From Camelus ferus (lineage: Eukaryota), in the NCBI RefSeq assembly GCF_009834535.1, contig NC_045707.1, positions 59,274,001 through 59,338,000 on the forward strand: a stretch of DNA of 64,000 bases. The letters are read 5' to 3'. Shown here one piece after another: positions 40,140 to 52,673 of the stretch (position 1 is its first letter; each line of letters begins with the position of its first letter). A program made the translations under genes and the position numbers. The notes beneath the pieces are model-generated. The model was not told the DNA's origin. It saw only the letters and a program-made list of their open reading frames with translations, and made no database searches.

Positions 40140-40350
40140 GGAGAAACCACTTGGCTTTTCTGGGTGCCTCTTCCCAGCCATACTTGCCTCACATGCCCAG
40201 AGTGTCCTTAGTCTATCCTAACACTTGTTCTCCAGGGAACATGTGGTTTCCCAGCTTCCTTGGACACCCACCACCATACCCCCTTGTAAGCACACTTGGG
40301 TCCTCATTCTTAACAAACTTTATAAACATTATATTACTGTATTATTGAAT
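40140..40350 (+). mobile_element. L2 fragment
   Basis: Pyrimidine-rich L2 3' body pattern (cccagcttcctt...ccccttgtaagcacac...attatattactgtatt). Confidence 0.4.
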
Positions 40351-41307
40351 TATTTCTAGTCTGGGAAGGAACAGAAGGGGAAAAAAAAATCATCCCAAAG
40401 CCTGCTGGGCCCACAGGCCATTACGAGGAAAATGCCCGTGTCCTTTGCAGCCTTCTGCCTAGGCAAGTAGCATCCAGGGCACTAGACTGCTGTGTTCCCC
40501 CTTTAACCAAAGCTGACTTCCCCCAAAATGTTCCTTCATTTTCTGACCCCCAGGGTAACCCTAATTATTCTCTGAGGGTCCAGGAATCCACCTGGAATTT
40601 CTTCAGCCAAGTTATTTTGAATGGCTGCCCCTCGCTGTCTAGTTTGCCACGAGCCTGTTGGCTACACCCCTTGATTTCACCAAAGTAGAGGACAGCCACC
40701 AGTCTACTGTGACAAAAAGCCCTGTCCAATGGGCATTTCTTGAACCAGATGGTGAAGTGTCAAGTGAACCAGATTCTCCTTTAACTCTAAGGCACATGCA
40801 GAGAGACTCTGATAAGAGCTGCAAAAACCTTGAGGGAGCAGATGTTCTGAAAAACACAAGCTGGAGTGATGGAGAGTGAAAAAGGAATTATAGACCCCAG
40901 AGTGTTAGAGGCAGAGAGGTAGGGAGAACCACAACAACAAAAAGTCACCAAAATCAGACAGCAGGAGAACACCATGAAAAACGCCTGCTTCTGAGGAATC
41001 AGCGAGTTCCCCTGAAGTCTTTCAGCTTCCAAATGTCAGCCCAGCCTCCAGAAGCCCTGCTTGAAAGGCAAATTGCTGGCTTTCACACATTCTGCCTGCC
41101 CTTTTCTCCTGCACATCCTTATCCTGAGTCTCCATTATATACCCCTTTCCTTTCCAATCTAGAAGAATCAGACAAAACAGGGACACCTAGGTCTCTGAGT
41201 GAAAGGCAGAGGAAAGTCAACACCTTATATAAAGCTTGAACATCTATATTTCTCTCTCCAACTGCCACCTACAAGCCAAGTCCCGCTGCCAACCTGCTGG
41301 GCAGCAG

Positions 41308-41319
41308 TGCTGACTCAGC
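41308..41319. promoter_or_regulatory. MARE/ARE-type (MAF/NFE2/AP-1) motif
   Basis: TGCTGACTCAGC, 12/13 of T-MARE TGCTGACTCAGCA, in a CpG-retaining patch. Confidence 0.35.
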
Positions 41320-42339
41320 TCCACGCTGTCCTGAAGGCGACGGCTCGCACCTCCGAGGGTTTCTGTGCCCTTGGGTGTGCGCAGAACGGGTTTTGGGGAC
41401 GTGCTGATTTCTTTATACTCAGCTCACCTTTACCATCAGGGTGATGAGCCCATGCTGCTATTATAAATAATCTAGGACCTCCTTGAACTATTAAGGACAA
41501 TAAAGTGTTATTTAAGTGTATTTTGTTTTCTTTCTAAGAGAAAATGTAAATTGTCTGATAAGCTCTTTTTTTTTTTCCCTGACCCACAGTGTCCCTAAGT
41601 ATCCATGGAGGACCCGAAGTCAAACTGGCAATGTCTTCAGTTGCATCGTTGTAAGTAGAGGCACCTAACGGTCAGCAACACCAACCAGCAGCCCGTGATG
41701 TCCGTCACGCAAACAGGTTTGGGTGAGCACCGTGATCGCTTCAAGGGTCATTGCTATCTGAAGTGAACCAGGCACCCACAGGACCCCAGTGCAGTTTTAC
41801 GCATTTCTTTACTCAAGGACGGAAGCAATTTACCTACGCTGTGGAGGTTTAGCGGGAGGAGGGGTGTGGGTTCCTACACCGCTCCCTGCGCTAGACCCCA
41901 CTGCCTCCCTCCCTCCTGTGTCCTGGGGTGTCATTTGGGGATGTTTCTTCTTCTGCCTCTGCCCTTTCCGCCCCAAAGTTCTCTCTAACCCCTCTTTTCT
42001 CCTTAGGTCTTGTTACACATTTCCATAGAAAAATTATCATGTCCCAATTGCTACTGCCTTAAAACTGTCAAGTTTAAGCATTTGGTAAATATCTGTACAT
42101 AATTTCTGCTGACTTTGAAGACAGAAACAAGTGTTCTCAGATTTTCCTTGTTCTATAAGAAAAAGTAGTAAGTTCTAGTCCAGCTTTCAGGGATGAGAAT
42201 GGGAGGCGTTTACTCCTGGTTCTCACTGGTTTTCTTGTGTTATTTCTCAATCTACAGCCCTAAGAATAATTTTACCATGACGAACCCTGTTATATCTACA
42301 TGAAGAAGATATATTCCTATTAATATAGTTTTGAAATGA

Positions 42340-43335
42340 TTTTTTATTTTAGGGTATTTTTAGATTACAGAAACATTGTGAAGGCGGTACAAAGGGTTCG
42401 CATATACCTCGTGCTGTTTTCCCTATTAGGAACACAGGTGTGATAACATTTGTAATATTTAATGGGTGAATAATGATACATGATTGTTAACAAATGTCTA
42501 CTTTATTCAGGTTTCCCTAGTTTTACCCTAATGACCTTCAGTTCCAGGATTCATCCAGGATGGTGCATTATATGTAGTTAGGACATCTCCTTAAGCTCTC
42601 CTTGACTGTGACAGTTTCTCAGACTTTCCTTATTTTTGACAACCTTGATAATTTTGAAGAGCACTGCCAGTCTTTTTGTTAAATGTCCCTCCATTGAGAT
42701 TTATCTGACTTCAGCTATGGGTTTTGGGGAGGAAGACCAGACAGGGAATGTTTTCGAAAAAGACCACTGTCGTCACACTTTGGCCAGGGCACAAACTATC
42801 AATATGGCTCATCGCTGTCGACATTACCCTTGATCACCTGACTGAGGGAGTGTTTGTCAGCGTCTGTCTCCACTGGAGAGTCACTCTGCCCCCTTTTCCA
42901 CACTAACTCTTTGGGAGGAAGCCCCAAGTACAGCCCAGGCTTGAGGAGCAGGGAGTTGTACTCCACCTGCTTCAGGATGAGGTACCTACATAAATTATTC
43001 AGACTTTTTCTATGTGGGAGATTTGTCTACTCTCCCCCATTTACTTATTTATTCATTTTTTATATAAGAATGAACTCATACATATTAATTAATGCCTTGG
43101 ATAAAAACCCAGGACTAGCTGATCAAATTGTTCCGGCTCTGGCTACTGGGAGCACTTTCTTCTGGCTCCTGTGTCATATCCCCATCAATACTGTGTTGCA
43201 GCAGTGCCGCTTCTGAAATTACAAGATGCTCCTGGCTCGTCCTGTATGTTTACTGACCCAGTCCTAGAACTGGCCATCTCTCCCAGGAGCCCTGGTAACT
43301 AAGGTCTACACACCAGTTGTGCTCACTGCTACTGA
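42340..43335 (-). mobile_element. L1MC-like 3' UTR
   Basis: ttttagattacagaaacattg...ttccaggattcatccaggat...gacagtttctcagactttccttatttttgacaaccttgata...ccaggagccctggt. Confidence 0.8.
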
Positions 43336-43414
43336 GATGATATGATGGCAATTCTGACCATAATTGTCAAGGACTAACAAATCTGGCCTTATGGTAGAAG
43401 ACCATATACCACAC

Positions 43415-43524
43415 TTACTACTCCACTAAAACCCAGTTTATCCACTAAACTTTTAATCCATTAGAACTAATTTATCCACTAGAAGTTATCCATTAGGACT
43501 TAGTTTATTCACTACCAACTAAAC
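43415..43524. repeat. Degenerate minisatellite, core TTATCCAYTA, about 6 units
   Basis: ctccacta / tttatccacta / ttaatccatta / tttatccacta / ttatccatta / tttattcacta at ~14-20 bp spacing. Confidence 0.65.
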
Positions 43525-45235
43525 ATAATGTATAACAAAGTACTTGGCTCAGAATGAAAGGTTGAAAATATCCTTACAACAACCTTTTGAGGAAAGACGA
43601 GGACCATCCCCAGAGACCAATGAAGAAACAACAACACAGAGAACTATAATAACTTGTTCAAGTCACACAGCTTAGACAGTCACACAGCTTTAGTGTCCCT
43701 TTCTCTTACCACAGTGAACCACCTCTTTTTTTTTTCCCCCCTAAAATAAAAAATGTCACTAATATTTTCATTTGTAAGGATTTCTCTTATAAACCAGCCA
43801 GAAAACCCTGGGTTGTGTAACTTTCCAGAGTGTAGAGTGGCAGTTGGCAACTTCAACAGAGGGCAGATGTAGGAGGTTTTTGCAGATGGCAGATACCACG
43901 GTTGGAGTTTAGCACTCTGCCAATAATCTTGTAGTGGCCCTCCACGTCTTCCTCATCGCAGCTCCAGGAGCCACCACTAATGAGTTAATGTCACCACCCC
44001 TGGGTAGAAAATGTTAGGAATGCCATCCTAATAAGGTAATTACATGGCTGTGATCAAGGCAAATGATGATCACTGAACTCCCATTAAAAACACACAAAAT
44101 GAGTGGAGAAGCCAGCCTCAAAACATAGACCTTTAGGGCCAAGTCACAATACAAAATGGGCATCTCTCCCTGGATTAGGAGTTGGCAATTCAGACCCACA
44201 TTTATTTCTCTCTCAATATTGTCATGGCTCTTCTCAACACTGGGACTGAAGAGTTTACTGACCAGAGTCCTGAGGTTAGGAGCTCAAAGTTATGGCTTCT
44301 CCAATTTTATTTACATCCCCTTTTCCAGGCCCTGGCATTGGTACAATAGGCAATCTTTGGTGATATCTTTTACCATGTCAGTAAGAGAGTATGTTCATTT
44401 ATATCAAGAATGGTACAGCCTTCACCTTTTACAATGTAAACACAATACAGAGAATTTACAAATGTTCCCACTGAGTAAAAATTTAGGACTTCTTTCCCAG
44501 ACTCAAAGATTCCCAAAGGGGGAATAGAAGCCTCAGGAAATCTGAATCATACAAATCAAAGCATTAAATAAACAGATTATCTTCTTTTCTGCATTCATCT
44601 CACACAAGGCAAAACTGGCATTTTTATTAGGTAAGTTAAGATCAGGATTTAGAAAGGAGAAGAAACTGTATCCTCTTAGATGGAGTTTAGGAAGAATAAT
44701 TGCTTGTCTGTCAAATAAATTCTACCTGAAAAGAAATATAAACTGAATGCTAAATCAAAAGTCTTCATAGGGGTTTAGCATGGTTCTGATAATGGTCACA
44801 AAAGAAGCTGTCCTTTTTATTCCTTTTAGAAAATTTTGATAGTAAGAAACTAACCGTAAGAAGCGAATATTTTGTGGTCCAAGGAAAAACCAAGTTCACA
44901 TAAAAGAATTGATACCAATCAAATATATGTTATGACCTATCAGACTCCAAATGGAGCAATTCAAGTAGAAAGATAATCTGAAAAATGGAACAAGGCAACT
45001 ACATACAAAAGGTCCTGCATATTCAAACCATAAGGTATATTTCACCATTCCCTAACAACATATTTCATTACATGTAAGACTGCATAAATAATTGATCTTT
45101 AATTATTTTTCAAAGAAAATGGTATTATTCTAACCATGAAGTACAATCCACTTATTTTTAAAAATGAAACAATACAAAAAGCTTAAAACAAAGCAAAAAT
45201 AAGTGGAAATATAGAAATATAAACATGCAAAGATC

Positions 45236-45625
45236 TTTGATCTTTGTGTATGATCCTTTTAAAATACTGCTAAATTTGGTTTGCTAATATTTTGCTAAGC
45301 ATTTTTTCATCTCTGTTCACCAGTGATACTGGCCTGTAATTTTCTTTTTTCTGGTTTTGATACCAGGATGATGCTGGCCTTGTGGAATGAGTTCAGAAGC
45401 ATTCCCTCCTTTTCATTTTTGGGGGAATAGTCTGACAAGGACAGGTGTTAATACTCCTTTAAATATTTGGTAGAATTCCCCAGTGAAACTGTCAGGTCCT
45501 GGATTTTTGTTTGTTGGGAGTCCCTTTTTTCTGATCCAATTTCGTTATTGATAATTGGTCTGTTTATATTATGTATTTCTTTGTGATTCAGTCATGGGAG
45601 ATTGTACATTTCTAGAAATTTATTT
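45236..45625 (-). mobile_element. L1 ORF2 internal fragment
   Basis: gtttgctaatattttg...ggcctgtaattttc...gatgctggccttgtggaatgagtt...ttggtagaattcccagtgaa..ggtcctgga. Confidence 0.85.
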
Positions 45626-45664
45626 ATTATACATTGGATCCATCTTGGCCACATTTTAAAATAT

Positions 45665-46150
45665 ATATTCTTTTGTAAAGTGGCAAAAATCTTGGCCAAA
45701 TTATTTCCTGCTATTGGGTGGAAGGTGGAACTTTAAGCAATGAGCTTGGATAATTAGCTGAGGAGATTTCCTAGCAAAGTGTTGAAGCTATAACCTGCTT
45801 TCTCCTTGCTGCTTCTAGTGAATGTGAAAGAAAATAGAGAAATTTAAAAAGGAACTGTTAAGCAAAAAGGGACCAGAAATCTATGATTTGGAAATTTTTC
45901 AGCCTGTTCAGATAGTGTGGTCTGAAACAGGGCCAAGATGTGACTGTATAAACTTTTGCTGGAGAGATTAGACAAGCAACTCATGGATCAAATCAACCAT
46001 GTAAGCAGAAATACTTCTGGCTTGGACTGAACAGGGCAGAGATGGTTTGAAGTAAAGAAGGGTGTTGGAATTCTGGGGGGACTCTACAGACAGGACATGG
46101 GCCAGTGGATCTACTCGGCTATGAACATGTTTAATCCTTCAAAAAAAAAT
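45665..46150 (+). mobile_element. MaLR internal (MLT-int-like) fragment without adjacent LTRs
   Basis: aagtggcaaaaatcttggc...ggaaggtggaactt...agctgaggagatttcctagcaaagtgttgaag. Confidence 0.7.
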
Positions 46151-46169
46151 TAGTCTAAGAGTCACTTAG

Positions 46170-46434
46170 AGGTCTCCTCTGCAACTGTGATTGTCATCCC
46201 ATTTGTGGGTTGCCTGCTCAAGAGTGTGGATCTTGACTACATAGCACCTCTGCCCCTCCTATGTATCTCATTGGGGTTCCTTCTTTATATGCTTAGTCGT
46301 GGAAAATCTTTCCTGCTAGTCTTTAGGTCATTCCCATATAGTTGCTCTATAAATAGTTATGATAGTTGTAATCACTGTGTGTCTATGGGAGGAGTTGCAT
46401 TCATGGTCTTCCTGCACCGCCATATTGGCCACCC
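46170..46434 (-). mobile_element. L1 5' UTR start
   Basis: Minus strand begins GGGTGGCCAATATGGCGG, the YY1-type (CAAGATGGCGG) L1 5' terminus, followed by L1 5'UTR-like sequence. Confidence 0.65.
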
Positions 46435-46849
46435 TTGTGATAACTTCTTAACAGAAGAATTGCTGTTATCAAATTGATTCATTTTCAACTTGAATGGACA
46501 AGACAAGTTATTCAGCAGGAAAACTAGATATAAATATTCGAAGAAAATACTTAACCGTAATTCGTTAGACTGTGAATTTCTCAAACTCAGGGACTGATTG
46601 CTCCTGTCTTGGATTTTGCCATGTTCTCAGTGTCAGAACTACATCTAGCGTATGGTCAGCACACAATAAGTATTAGTGGAATAAAGTAATATGGATTACA
46701 TTGCATTTAAAGTATTTAATTTGCATCTAATTACTTTCACATCTGAAGCTGAACCCCTTCTCTTTAATATATCCGTTGAGAAAATTTTGGCGAGGAAACA
46801 AGGAGAGATTCTCTCACCTCACGCTCTACATGAATTATGTACCAATTGT

Positions 46850-47040
46850 CCTTTGCCATTTACCAGTTTGTATGACCTCAGGCTACTTGCTTAATATCTT
46901 TGAGTCTCCAATTTTCCATCTGTGGAATGAGTATAATAAAACCCTACTTTGTCTGCCTGTCAGGATTGTTGTGAGATTTTACTGATATAATGAGAGCTAA
47001 TGGTGCTTTGTACAAAATAAAATGGTCTACAAATAAAAGA
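46850..47040 (+). mobile_element. MIR SINE
   Basis: tgtatgacctcagg...ctttgagtctccaattttccatctgtggaatg...ggattgttgtgag. Confidence 0.7.
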
Positions 47041-48769
47041 GATTAACAGTTAAGGCCAGGTTACCTTTTCCAGTGCCCACCTGCAGGTGACGCCTCATAA
47101 TGGTGATTTCTTACAAGGTTTGGAAATGGCATTTGTCTCTACTTTTCTCTGTCATCCTCAGCCAAACAATGCTTCTTATTGATTTGTGCCATCAAAGCCA
47201 CTCCCTTTCTCCAAGCACGGCATTTGCTATTTTCTCTTCGTAAGCACAGAAATCTAAAGGCAACACCAAATAAATAAATAAATAAATAAACCCCCTACAG
47301 CTTAAGTATTGATTAAAAACAAGCCTGGTTCATTAAAAACACTACTGGGATTTGGAACACTTAGAGGTAATCTTTTCTTTTCCTCAGCATTAAAAAATAT
47401 AGTGATTTATAGATCTTAGTGGCTCTGAGGAGTTAGTTGTTATTTAAATAAGCCTTGGAATTTTTAAAAAACCAAGGCTGTAAATTAGAGTCCAAATTTC
47501 CCCTTATTCTATTTGGTACCTACATATGGGGAAAATAATTTTCTCCTTAAAATCATAATACGTCTCATCAATATTTGTGTAGCACTTTTTCTATGTAAGA
47601 ATCTTTCGTATAATGTATCTTAGGCTTTGTCTCATCCCAGAATTTCCTGGTCCTCCTCCAAAAGAGACAAGGTCAAGGATGTGGTAGAGGTGAACTGAGT
47701 AGCCACTCACTACTCTCTCTAGGGAACCTCCCAGAGAGGGAAAAACCTGTGCTCCTGTCAAAAGGAAATATGTGTTCTTATCTCAACCGACTGCATCGTG
47801 TTCCTCCTTCCAGTCAGGTGTCATCTTGGTTGGAGGGAAGAGTGGTGAGTCATAGGGTGACCCAGACCCTTTGCCCTCTAGAAGGACATTCAGCTAACAT
47901 CATACTCTAGACAAAGGGAAATAAAAGATATTGTGGATTGAAATGATTCTTAAAACTTGCTCAAAACTCTTTGAGAATAAATTCTGTCATGGATTTATAT
48001 ATTTAGTCTTTTTTAAAAAAACGTTTGAACTCTAATTATGCTATACATCAGTGGGCTTAATTTTCAGTATTAACTCACCTCCATCACAGGGTTTCCCATC
48101 TCCATGTATCAACTATACCATTGTTGTCTTGCTTTATTTAAAATGGACAGATATTTACTTAAATTTCATTTTAAAGGGAGTTTCAAACCTATTATCTTTC
48201 CAAACCATAAATATAAAATGATTATAAATAAAAATGCAACAAAACCAAACAATGGTAAAAAAAAATCCCACATAGTTATTATTGCCTGGCAAAAGCAATT
48301 TCTCTCTTTTTAAAAGGGACAGTAGGAGAAAAGTGTTAAGAAAAATAAAGAGTCTCAAAAACGCTTGATCTTAGTTGATCAGAGGATCAAGAGAGAATTG
48401 AAAGTGGAGTTACGCTGTAAGTCATTGCGCGTCCACGTACCACCTAAGCTCTGGCTACATCCTTATCCTTTGGGAAGCACAGCAGTGCTATGTTTTTTCA
48501 CCCTGTATCTCTTGAACCTGTGCACCTCCAAATCCTGGGGCTCCTACTTAAAAGGAAAAGGCAGACATATGACAACCATTTTAATGTGCAGGCAAAATAT
48601 CCCAAGTAAACTTTCCAATCTTCATCCAGATTTATTGATATTACTTAGGTGTAATCTCTGGCTATGACTGAAAAATTATTACAAAGTCCATAGGAACAAA
48701 ACACAATGCATTCTAGGCCTATTATCCCAGAATGTCCTTCTTCAAAAAGAACATCGGGTACAGAAGCTG

Positions 48770-48915
48770 TGAGCAGCGCTTCTCAAACTTTCACGTGCAT
48801 GTAAATCACTTGCAGATGTTGTTAAAATGCAAGCCTGAGTGGGGCCTGAAATTTTGTATTTCTCACAACTTTCAGAAGACGTCAGTGATGCTGCTTGGTG
48901 GACTGCCATCGAATG
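48770..48915. mobile_element. MER5A-like hAT element
   Basis: cagcgcttctcaaacttt...tgttaaaatgca...gtggggcctgaaattttgtatttctcacaac. Confidence 0.7.
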
Positions 48916-48944
48916 AAAAGCTCTTGCTTAAACCACAAGCTCTG

Positions 48945-49175
48945 AATTCAAGTTCTGGAGTTATAAAGTCTATTGAATGCAACGTTCAACATTTGCACAC
49001 CATGTGAATATGGACACGTTATTTAATTTCTTAAAGCCTGTTTCCTCATCTGTTAAGTGAGATATGAAAGGGTGGGGGCCACTCCACTGGATTGTTGTGC
49101 AGAACAAATGAGTAAATACATGTGAAACACACTGGACTATACCTGGCACTTATGAAGCCTTTATTAAAGTCAGCT
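48945..49175 (+). mobile_element. MIR SINE
   Basis: gcctgtttcctcatctgttaagtg...gattgttgtg...aaatgagtaaatacatgtgaaacac...cctggcac. Confidence 0.7.
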
Positions 49176-50023
49176 CTTACAACGAAGCCAAAGATGGTGA
49201 TGGTGATGACACATTTTCAGCAATAGTTTTCTTTGAACAAAGGACTACTGCTACATGGACCCAATTCTACTATCAACAGATCTTGGAAAACACCTGCCAT
49301 ATCTCATCATACTCATAATCATCTCTTGCTACACTTCTTGTGTTCAACAGCCCCACTAAGTCATAAGGTAAATTCTCAATCCCTTGACAAGTCATAAAAC
49401 TTAAGCTGGTTTGCGATTGTCCCTGTAATGCTCATTTCTACCTCTCCCCCTCAAACATTCTAATCCTTTAGCAAGACCAAACCATCTCAGACTACATAGG
49501 CCACACTTTCTTGTATCTCTTGGGCCTTCAAGAGACTAAGAGCACTGGAAAACCTAGCACGTTTGCTCAAGGAATTTTACCTCCCAGTGGAGAACCAGAG
49601 CATCTTCTGTGGAATTACACTCTTATCATTTTGCTCTTTTTTGCCATAATACCCTTTATCATATAATTTTTAAGATGACAGATATATGCCTCAATTCCCC
49701 CAGTATTGTGTGCTACATACTTTGAGAGCAAGAACCACCAAGGCACCAACAGCACCAGGTATGATAGTGAGAATTATAATTTCGGCATTCATTGTATCAC
49801 TTGGCACAGTGATACCAAGTGGTACTAAATACTTATTGAATTAGTGAAAATCAGAAGCTGAAATGATATATACATGATTGTAATATCCTTTCATTCACTC
49901 AGTCAGACACACTTTCACTCATAAGGGAATATAATAATGTTTAGCCACCACCTTGATATATATTAAAGGAGCACTATTTTGAAGAATTTCTAAATGAATG
50001 CAAAATTTACCCATTATGCACAA

Positions 50024-50719
50024 TCAGTAATTCTCAAACCCTTCACAAAAATTCTTCGGTGTGTCACTGTTGAAAAAATTTTGTGCCCTACTATATAATA
50101 AATGTTTGTGTGTTTATTTTAAAACACAAAGATCTTACATTAATTATAAAATAATTTTTAAAATTTCTCAGCTACTTCATTAATTAATGATGATTTTTAG
50201 TACATCTACCAACTCCAAAAATAGGACCGAATTGAGAAAAACCCACATTATATATCAGATTTTTATGATAGGTAATTTTCTCTTTTTTTGTTTTCCAAAA
50301 TTTTGAGATACTAAGTTTAATTTTTTTAAAATTCTTATTGTTTGGAAGTATACTCTACATAGTTTTATGTTTCATACAGTTTTATATTATTTACATATTG
50401 GTATTTTTAAATCATGAAGCATTTAAAAATCTTTGACATCTTATAATTGATAGCATTTTATTTGAATTATGCTTTATAACAGGCTATTTCTTAAAATCAA
50501 TAGTATCTTAAACAATAAAATTTAGTATGTGGGGAAAAACTGGCAAAAGGCTTTTACCATTTGCTGAGTGGGTTAACATGACCATACAGGAGAAATGCCC
50601 AAAGTACTATCAAAACCCTGATGTAAATAAGGTCAGCAAGTACTGGAAAGTCTGATGTACATCTTTTCTTGTAAGGAGATAAGTTGCATAAAATTGCTAA
50701 GAGTTTCTGGGAACCACTG
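50024..50719. mobile_element. Possible hAT-Charlie-type DNA transposon remnant
   Basis: Terminal cagtaattctcaaac ... gggaaccactg resemble Charlie TIRs; no 8-bp TSD seen. Confidence 0.35.
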
Positions 50720-50794
50720 ATGAGTCATGCTGACGACCTCATATAAATACTCCTTGAAGTTTTTCTTAAATGAAGAAGTGAGAGTGTCACTTTT

Positions 50795-51930
50795 AATTCT
50801 GGCTATAATGAACTAGCTTGTATCAGACGAATCCTTTCACCAATAACAATAGGAAAAGATGGGTAATATGTACCAAAAACATCTGTTTGAATAAATGGGA
50901 AATCTACTAAGGCACTCAAACTTATACCCAAGATCCTGATAAGAAGTGCTGAGGGTCAGTCTGGCATTTAGTACATCATTTGTCCTGGAAGCATCTGACA
51001 GTTCATCAGTGATGGATGAGCCACTGAGTAGTTTTTAGCAGTTTTAAAAGCCCAAGGAAAAACACACACACATACAAAGGAAAGGTGGTTAGAGTCTATC
51101 GGTGAGGAGGGAACCTGGTGAAATCCTCAAATTTTCAATTGGGATGCCTGAAAAGCTACAACCAAAGAATTAATGGAGAATCAGAAATAGTACTCACAAT
51201 GACAGAAAGCCAATTTAACCTGATTGAGTTAAATGATCCTCTCCTAGTCTAACTCCTGCCACAGGCAAGAGGAAATCTTCAATGAAGAAAAATAATATCA
51301 AAAGACATTGTATCTATAATTTTTCATATATAACATTCAGCATGCAATAAAAAATTACTGGACACAGCAGTAGACTACACTACATGCTGACACACCAAGA
51401 ATGAAAAAGAAAAGAAAAGGAAAAATTCCTACTGGAGATTGTGATCAGGCCTAGACTTTGAAATACCCATGATTAATGCATTAAAGAAAAATGGGGGGTG
51501 TATTGTTAATACCAGCATATAACCAGGATCTATGAAGAATTACTGTGGAAAACATGGATAATAGCAGTTTAGACACAGCTAAAGAGAAGAGTAGTTGGAG
51601 ATAGTTAAGTTAGTAGAATATATTTAGATTAAAGCTTGGACAGTAAAAGAAAGGAAAATACAGAAAATAAGTCTACACACAAAACTACAAAATACTAGTT
51701 GACAGATATTAAGGAATGCAAAAATAGAGGGATTTTCATGGATTGGAAGACTCAGTAATGCAAAGTTATCAGCTTCCTTCCAATTTATATGTAATTCTGA
51801 TGACATCTCAATTAAAAATCCAGACAGTTTTTTTCATGGCATTTGACAAACTGATTTTTAAAATGTTGTGAAGATATGGAGAGACAGAGCTAGCCAGACA
51901 ATATTGAAGAAGAAAAATAAAGAAGATATA
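50795..51930 (+). mobile_element. Old L1M remnants (5' region and ORF2 pieces)
   Basis: ttttcatggattggaagactcagta...ttgacaaactgattttaaaat...agctagccagacaatattgaagaagaa. Confidence 0.65.
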
Positions 51931-52631
51931 CAATAACCTTAATATAGGTTACAATTCCCAGTCTTTTTTTGATACAAATTAGGCAATTTTTTTTCCAGTA
52001 AATAAGCTTTTTAAAGAATCAAGGTCACCTTTATATATCTTATCTTTTTTTTAATCATGCATTTTATCATCTATTACTCTTAAAATGTTTCATGTTTTCA
52101 CAGACATCATCATAAAAATATATCAAAGGCAAATGAAATGGGCAAATATTCCATATTAATAATGTGATCCAACTGTAAAATAAAGAATTAGATTCACCTC
52201 AGTTCCTCAACCATTTGTAATCACATTTAAATTGTAATCAGACAGCATTGTTTAATAAGGTCTAATTTTTTTCCAGTTTTGCTGCTTCTTTTTGATCCAA
52301 ACATTGTTGACCACTTCTATACCGAGTTACTGATAACTACAATAATAACTACTTAAGAAGGTAAGCTCATGTGCTAGTCTAGAACTGAACCTTCTTAGGT
52401 AGTTCTAAAGCTGACCTTGAAATAAGCTTTGAGCAATTTTTATTTGCTATTTTCATCAAGTTATTATTTTGTGTCCAATAAACAATAGTTTTCTTTTTCT
52501 AATCTGTAAAATCTTCAGATGATTTGCATTTAAATTGTTCATGATTGTCATGTACATAGCACAAAAAGAGATGAGTTTATGTAATTTTTGCTCAGGAGGA
52601 TGACATTTTCATTTTTAGCATTCATATTTTA

Positions 52632-52673
52632 TTTTTTTATTGAAGTAGAGTTGATTTCCAGTGTTGTACTGGG
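52632..52673 (-). mobile_element. 42-bp artiodactyl-type L1 3' tip
   Basis: tttttttattgaagtagagttgattt..agtgttgt; exact 12-bp TSD attcatatttta (52620-52631, 52674-52685). Confidence 0.8.

Noticed and set aside
43437..43492. TTATCCAC resembling bacterial DnaA boxes or a CRISPR-like repeat
   Set aside because: Mammalian context; units are short and degenerate with no unique spacers or cas genes
43853..43867. CAACAGAGGGCAG CTCF-like motif
   Set aside because: Weaker match than the 26.3-kb site; motif alone is insufficient
44621..44636. AG|GTAAGT recursive-splice-like site (similar at 22396 plus; ~13108 and ~62751 minus)
   Set aside because: Such sites occur on both strands, host strand is unknown, and tracts or donors are suboptimal
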